Of a stretch of 64,000 nucleotides of DNA, positions 58,994 to 64,000 are shown piece by piece (positions within the stretch are counted from its first letter, which is position 1; each line of letters opens with the position of its first letter). This DNA is from a virus. A program made the translations under genes and the position numbers. The stretch spans positions 18,586-82,585 of the IMG/VR virus record IMGVR_UViG_3300025603_000009. One strand, 5' to 3'. Under the pieces are notes generated by a model. That model did no database searches. It was not told the DNA's origin and worked only from the letters and a program-made list of their open reading frames with translations.

Positions 58994-60115
58994 ATGAGTT
59001 TTGAAATACTACCCGATTTAACAAAAGAGTATGTACTAAAATTTGTATCACAAGAAGATATATTTGAACACTTTTCTGGTATTCCTGTAACTGTAGGAGA
59101 ACGCATATGTTCTCCGTTTAGAGATGATCCTAATCCTACGTGTGAGTTTTATTATAATAGTCATGGTAAAATAAAATTTAGAGATTTTAATGGTGATTTT
59201 TGGGGTGATTGTTTTGATGCAGTTGTTAGAATGACACCTACTATAACAGACTTAAAAGGTAGAAACTTTAAACTTGTTTTAGAAGAAATTGCAAAAGCTT
59301 TTTCTTTACATAAATTTAAGTACAATTCTAATGTTATTCCAAGAACGTTTATAAATAAACGTAATCTTGACACTACGATTAAAGATGTAAATCAGATTCA
59401 AATAAAAATTCGTCATTGGGATGAATCTGATATGAAGTATTGGAGAAAAATTGGTAAAAATATTACTCCTGAAATACTTAAATACTTTAATATTTATCCT
59501 GTACAAACAGTATGGGTAAATGGTTTATTAAAGTATGGTTATAAACGTAACGATCCTGCGTACAGTTATTATACTGGTGAATATCCCGATGGTAATCCTA
59601 AATGGCGTGTTTATTTTCCTAAAAGGGATTTTACTAGATTTTATACTAATAATACTTCAGTGCAAGGACTTAAACAAGTTTTTCCTGCTAAGTTTGGATT
59701 AGTTACAAAATCACTTAAAGATATTGTCTGTGCTTTTTCTTTTGGTATTACTGCTATTGCACCTGCGGGAGAATCTATACCACTTTCTAAAAATAGTATT
59801 TTTACGCTTAAAAGTAATGCACATTATACAGCATCATTATATGATTATGATAATGCTGGAATCCGTGGTGCAATAAATTTAAAAAAACAACACGGAATAA
59901 TTCCTATACTTTTTACTGATTCTATACATAATAGAAATAAAGGATATAAAGGTTGTAAAGACCTTTCTGATTATTGTGTTAAATATGGTGTAAACTATAC
60001 AGAAACAATGATTAAAGAATATATAGAATCTTACGATGAAATAATTAATTTATATGACAGCTATGAACGAGAACTCTTTAGACCAAGTAACCACTATTAC
60101 TTCAATAGGCAATAA
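58994..60115 (+). CDS. dnaG: DNA primase (DnaG-like)
   Basis: ICSPFRDDPNPTC Zn-finger-like region, TKSLKD, YDYDNAG TOPRIM, KDLSDY. Confidence 0.85.
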   Translation: MSFEILPDLTKEYVLKFVSQEDIFEHFSGIPVTVGERICSPFRDDPNPTCEFYYNSHGKIKFRDFNGDFWGDCFDAVVRMTPTITDLKGRNFKLVLEEIAKAFSLHKFKYNSNVIPRTFINKRNLDTTIKDVNQIQIKIRHWDESDMKYWRKIGKNITPEILKYFNIYPVQTVWVNGLLKYGYKRNDPAYSYYTGEYPDGNPKWRVYFPKRDFTRFYTNNTSVQGLKQVFPAKFGLVTKSLKDIVCAFSFGITAIAPAGESIPLSKNSIFTLKSNAHYTASLYDYDNAGIRGAINLKKQHGIIPILFTDSIHNRNKGYKGCKDLSDYCVKYGVNYTETMIKEYIESYDEIINLYDSYERELFRPSNHYYFNRQ

Positions 60116-60611
60116 ACTTTTACCTATATACGGTGAAAAACAACCTAAAACATACGGTTATTATTTTACACCATTAACAGAAGATGAGTATAAAAAAATC
60201 ATAAAAAATATAAATAAATATCTTAAATTACAAGGAGATGTTTATGTTGTTAACATTAAATATGATAACAAAGTTAATTGTATTAATATTAATGATATTC
60301 AACTTATCGGATTAATAAACAATGTTCGAGAATCTGACATTAAAAAATACTTTGGTGTAAGTTATGAAGATGCACAAAATGGTGTATTACGTAATAGTGG
60401 AATAACAAAACGTGAATACTATCAAAATTTTGCTAATGAACGAGCTGCTAATGGAGAAAATCCAAAAATGCAAGAAGTTGCTGAAAAAGATAATGTTTTA
60501 ATGCAATCTATATATTATCCTAACAATGTTAAATTATTGAAAGAATTTTGTATAGATAATTATAATAAAGTACCGTCACATGGTATAATTTATCGTAAAC
60601 ACCATGATTAA
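60063..60611 (+). CDS. Hypothetical protein
   Basis: ORF. Confidence 0.6.
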   Translation: MNENSLDQVTTITSIGNKLLPIYGEKQPKTYGYYFTPLTEDEYKKIIKNINKYLKLQGDVYVVNIKYDNKVNCININDIQLIGLINNVRESDIKKYFGVSYEDAQNGVLRNSGITKREYYQNFANERAANGENPKMQEVAEKDNVLMQSIYYPNNVKLLKEFCIDNYNKVPSHGIIYRKHHD

Positions 60612-61467
60612 AATAATTATACCTAACTACATCAGGCAAGTAAAACTTAGTGAAAAACAACGTGCTATTTATTATAAATATGATAAAGATACACATACGG
60701 TTTCTTGCTCTAAAAAAATACTTTTAAAGTATTTAAAATCATCAACTTTAAATCTTATTGACAATCGAAAACGTATTAATTTTGAATATTTTAATACAGG
60801 TTTAAGTATTGATAAAGTTGGTAAACATGATGTAGTGTTTGATATGGATGATAAACCTATTATTGCAAATACTACTAAAGTAGGTAAACCTCGATATGAA
60901 ATTATTAGTGGTCAATCAATCTATTCATCTAATACACAGCAGTTTCAACGATTAAAGGTTATGGAAGCTATAAAGTATAGTTTCCTACCTTATATCAAAG
61001 ATATAGCCGCGTTTGATGCTGAATTGTACCCTATTAGAGTCAAATTATATATTTATGACACTGTTAAAAATATGTTTGATAAAACTAAAGACCCTGATAA
61101 ACCTGGTATTAGATGGGATTTAAATAATCGTGCATATCCTTATTCAAAGGCAATATTAGATATACTGACTACAGGAATGATAGGTAGTGATTGTGTTATA
61201 CCTAATCCGCCTTTGATAGATGATGATAGACTTCATGTTACAGAAGATGGCGGTGCTATTTTTTGTCCTATTGATAATACTGAAGACAGAAAACTTGTAT
61301 TTATATTATTTAAAGATACATATAAAAGTTTAATTGCTGCTACTGAAAGTATTGAAAAAGAACGAGAAATTTTAATTCGTAATAACAAACATTATCGTTA
61401 TTTAATTAATGATATAAAAATTCATTTAAACATTGTAGATTATGACAACGACAGCGCACCATTCTAA
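60604..61467 (+). CDS. RusA-like Holliday junction resolvase
   Basis: WDLNNRAYPYSKAILDIL...LIDDD resembles DxDN..K...D.L...DD. Confidence 0.5.
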   Translation: MIKIIIPNYIRQVKLSEKQRAIYYKYDKDTHTVSCSKKILLKYLKSSTLNLIDNRKRINFEYFNTGLSIDKVGKHDVVFDMDDKPIIANTTKVGKPRYEIISGQSIYSSNTQQFQRLKVMEAIKYSFLPYIKDIAAFDAELYPIRVKLYIYDTVKNMFDKTKDPDKPGIRWDLNNRAYPYSKAILDILTTGMIGSDCVIPNPPLIDDDRLHVTEDGGAIFCPIDNTEDRKLVFILFKDTYKSLIAATESIEKEREILIRNNKHYRYLINDIKIHLNIVDYDNDSAPF

Positions 61468-62569
61468 TATTGATCTTGAGTATCAAAAACTTATTAAACA
61501 TATACTTGATAATGGCGAAAATGTTGAACCTGCTCGTATTGGATTAGCCGGAACTAGAAAAATATTTGGGTATCAATATAAAGTAGATTTATTAGATAAT
61601 AATAATAATTTTATTTTACCTATGATTACTGTTAACGCTTTAAAATTTGCAGATTTAACTACTGAACTTGATTGGTTTATTAGTGGAGATACTAACATAA
61701 AGTTTTTAGTAGATAGAGGTTGTAATTTTTGGACTGATGATGCTTATGCTTATTATTGTAACAAATTTAAAAAGAACGATAAAACTCCTAAAGATTTTAA
61801 TGTTTGGAAAGCAAGTATTGGATTAAAAACTGACATAATAGAAGATGTTAATAAAATCACTCACACTTATGGCGATTGTGGTTCACAATATGGTAAAATT
61901 TGGCGTGGTATAAAAAGTGGTGATATTGACCAACTTTATACTTTAATAGATAATATTAATAAGAATCCTACAAGTCGAAGACATTTACTTGTTTCTGATT
62001 TACCTAATGAACGTGAAAATCTTGCTTTATATTGGTGTCATTCATTATTTCAAGTAAATTGTACAGAAATTGATCCTGTAACTAGGTTAAAATTGTGGTC
62101 TAAAAAAATGAAACATAGTGAAACTTTTGCTGATTCTTATTTAAGTAACCATAGTATTGAACAAGTGTCTGCATATTGTGAATTATTAGGCGCACCTAAA
62201 TATTATATTGATGGTCATTTATATCAACGTAGTGCTGATGTAATGCTTGGTGTTCCATATAATACTGCTAGTTATAGTTTACTTTTAAATTTTATAGCTA
62301 ACATTACTAATATGATTCCTCGTCGTTTTATACACAGTTTTGGTGATGTACATATTTATAATGATCATATATTAAAAGCTAAAATAATACTTGACAGAAA
62401 ACCCAAAATCCTGCCAAAATTAATAATAAAAAAAGATTTAAAAAATTACGATATTAAAGACAGTCTTACTTTAATTAAACAAGAAGGTTTAGTTAGTATA
62501 TTTAAACTTATTAATTATAATCCCGAATTAAGAATAAATTTTAAACTTCATACACAAGCAAAAAAATGA
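61442..62569 (+). CDS. thyA: Thymidylate synthase
   Basis: ELDWFISGDTN, QYGKIWR, PTSRR, ALYWCH, YQRSADVMLGVPYN and GDVHIY. Confidence 0.93.
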   Translation: MTTTAHHSNIDLEYQKLIKHILDNGENVEPARIGLAGTRKIFGYQYKVDLLDNNNNFILPMITVNALKFADLTTELDWFISGDTNIKFLVDRGCNFWTDDAYAYYCNKFKKNDKTPKDFNVWKASIGLKTDIIEDVNKITHTYGDCGSQYGKIWRGIKSGDIDQLYTLIDNINKNPTSRRHLLVSDLPNERENLALYWCHSLFQVNCTEIDPVTRLKLWSKKMKHSETFADSYLSNHSIEQVSAYCELLGAPKYYIDGHLYQRSADVMLGVPYNTASYSLLLNFIANITNMIPRRFIHSFGDVHIYNDHILKAKIILDRKPKILPKLIIKKDLKNYDIKDSLTLIKQEGLVSIFKLINYNPELRINFKLHTQAKK

Positions 62570-63822
62570 GTCAAATTATATACAAATCTGGTACTATTTA
62601 CGCTGTAAATAAAGCTGGAAAACCTAAAATGTATTTTAGTGAAGCTACTTTAAATGACGATTTTAGTGTAACTATGGTACGTTATAGTGGTCAAGTAGGT
62701 GGAAAAATGCGTACACAAACTTCTACTATTAGTAAAGGAAAAAACATTGGAAAAGCTAATGAAACATCTGCGACACAACAAGCTGTTCTTGAATTAAAAT
62801 CGCACAATGCTAAAAAATATATAGAAGGATATAAAACAGCTTCTTATTATATTACCAGTTATAATCTTAAACATCCGAAACAAAATTTAGTAGATTCAGT
62901 ATATGATACAAATATACCTGATAAACTTGTTGGTGAGATTATTGTGGAACTTGGAGTAATTATGAATACTGATCACAATAATAGGTTAAAACCTATGCTT
63001 GCAGAAAAATATAAAGGTAGTAAAAAAGATAAATTTCAATTTCCTGCTTTTGCTCAACCTAAATACAATGGTATGCGTTGTATAGCAAGTGTTAGAGGTG
63101 GTAAAGTTGAACTTAGAAGTAGAGAAGGTGAGTCTATTAATTTACCACATATTCAAGAACAGCTTAGATTGTGTGTTACATTTATACACATGGCTAAGAT
63201 GTATAATCTTGAGTTAGATGGTGAACTATATGTACATGGTATGCCATTACAAGATATTATACATAATGTTAGAACAACTAATTTACAAACTGTAGAAGTA
63301 AAGTATATGGTATATGATATACTATCAGATGCTAAATTTCTTTCTAGAATAAATTGGTTAACAAATGCTTTTCATGCGCAAGATTTAGCTAATAACAATT
63401 TTAATATAGTAGTTTCTGAAACTGTTAATATTAAAGATGAAAAAGAGGCTTTAGAGTATTTTAGATTGTGTCGTCAAGAAGATTATGAAGGGGCTATGCT
63501 TAGAAATAGAAACAGTTTATATGAATTTGGTTTTAGAAGTAATGATCTTTTAAAACTTAAAGAAACTCTTTCTGCTGAATTTCCAATTGTGGGTGCAAGT
63601 TTAAAACATGGTTCAGATGATTCTGATTTTGTTTGGGAGTGTAAAACAAGTAGAGGTCTAGTGTTTCAGGTTAAACCTCATGGCACTGTTGAACAACGTG
63701 AAGAATATTATTCTAAACGTAATACATATATTGGTAAATTGTTACAACTAAGTTTTTACGAATATACTAAAGACAAAATACCTTTTCATATAACAGAAGT
63801 TACTGTAAGAGATTACGAATAA
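62566..63822 (+). CDS. ATP-dependent DNA ligase with N-terminal WGR-like domain
   Basis: PMLA, QPKYNGMRC, LDGELY, YEGAMLR and LLKLK. Confidence 0.9.
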   Translation: MSQIIYKSGTIYAVNKAGKPKMYFSEATLNDDFSVTMVRYSGQVGGKMRTQTSTISKGKNIGKANETSATQQAVLELKSHNAKKYIEGYKTASYYITSYNLKHPKQNLVDSVYDTNIPDKLVGEIIVELGVIMNTDHNNRLKPMLAEKYKGSKKDKFQFPAFAQPKYNGMRCIASVRGGKVELRSREGESINLPHIQEQLRLCVTFIHMAKMYNLELDGELYVHGMPLQDIIHNVRTTNLQTVEVKYMVYDILSDAKFLSRINWLTNAFHAQDLANNNFNIVVSETVNIKDEKEALEYFRLCRQEDYEGAMLRNRNSLYEFGFRSNDLLKLKETLSAEFPIVGASLKHGSDDSDFVWECKTSRGLVFQVKPHGTVEQREEYYSKRNTYIGKLLQLSFYEYTKDKIPFHITEVTVRDYE

Positions 63823-63908
63823 TCATTAAAATGTATCTATTTTATATTGTGTAAAATAGGTACATTTTTTAATACTTATTAAGGCACACCCAACAAACAA
63901 CTAAGAAA

Positions 63909-64000
63909 ATGAACAGACAAGAGAAGTTGGATTTTTTAAATAAAACAGCAAAGCCTAGCCAATGGATTGAAGGTGCAAAGTATAGGCAAAAAAATTGCTG
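63909..64000 (+). CDS. Partial ORF running off the window
   Basis: ATG at 63909, MNRQEKLDFLNKTAKPSQWIEGAKYRQKNC..., open to the window end. Confidence 0.45.
   Translation, partial: MNRQEKLDFLNKTAKPSQWIEGAKYRQKNC

Noticed and set aside
39253-61740. Other CTGATGA occurrences as additional hammerheads
   Set aside because: Those I found lie inside coding sequence, and I saw no flanking stems with the GAAA/UH arrangement
1-64000. Stop-codon reassignment, which occurs in some crAss-like phages
   Set aside because: Conserved genes are full length in the standard code, and TAG/TGA serve as real stops

Overview
The window is part of an AT-rich crAss-like (Crassvirales-type) podophage genome that probably infects a Bacteroidota/Flavobacteria host. 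It uses the standard genetic code. The left part (1-37700, minus strand) is the late/virion module: HU/IHF-like genes, a PD-(D/E)XK nuclease, an amidase endolysin, TerL, portal, scaffold, major capsid, accessory capsid and tail ring proteins, an LRR fibre-like protein, the tail stabilisation protein, and three large ejected/cargo proteins, the last running off the window edge. A non-coding divergence point at about 37700-38750 may be the genome terminus or origin. The right part (plus strand) holds many small early genes, then the replication module: Dda-like helicase, PolA, SF2 helicase, DnaB, RecT-like, SSB-like, primase, RusA-like, ThyA and ATP-dependent ligase. The most notable signal is an RNA layer in the early/middle region. 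It includes a complete type II pseudoknotted hammerhead ribozyme just after the first early gene (39362-39433), further GU-rich hairpins behind it, two adjacent tRNA-like folds (41368-41567), and a Leu-type tRNA body with a degenerate anticodon arm (53110-53193). A catalytically degenerate Fic-like protein, a dockerin/EF-hand-like secreted protein and an M15-type peptidase domain on a cargo protein are also notable. All calls come from motifs, synteny and by-eye base pairing; no searches were run.
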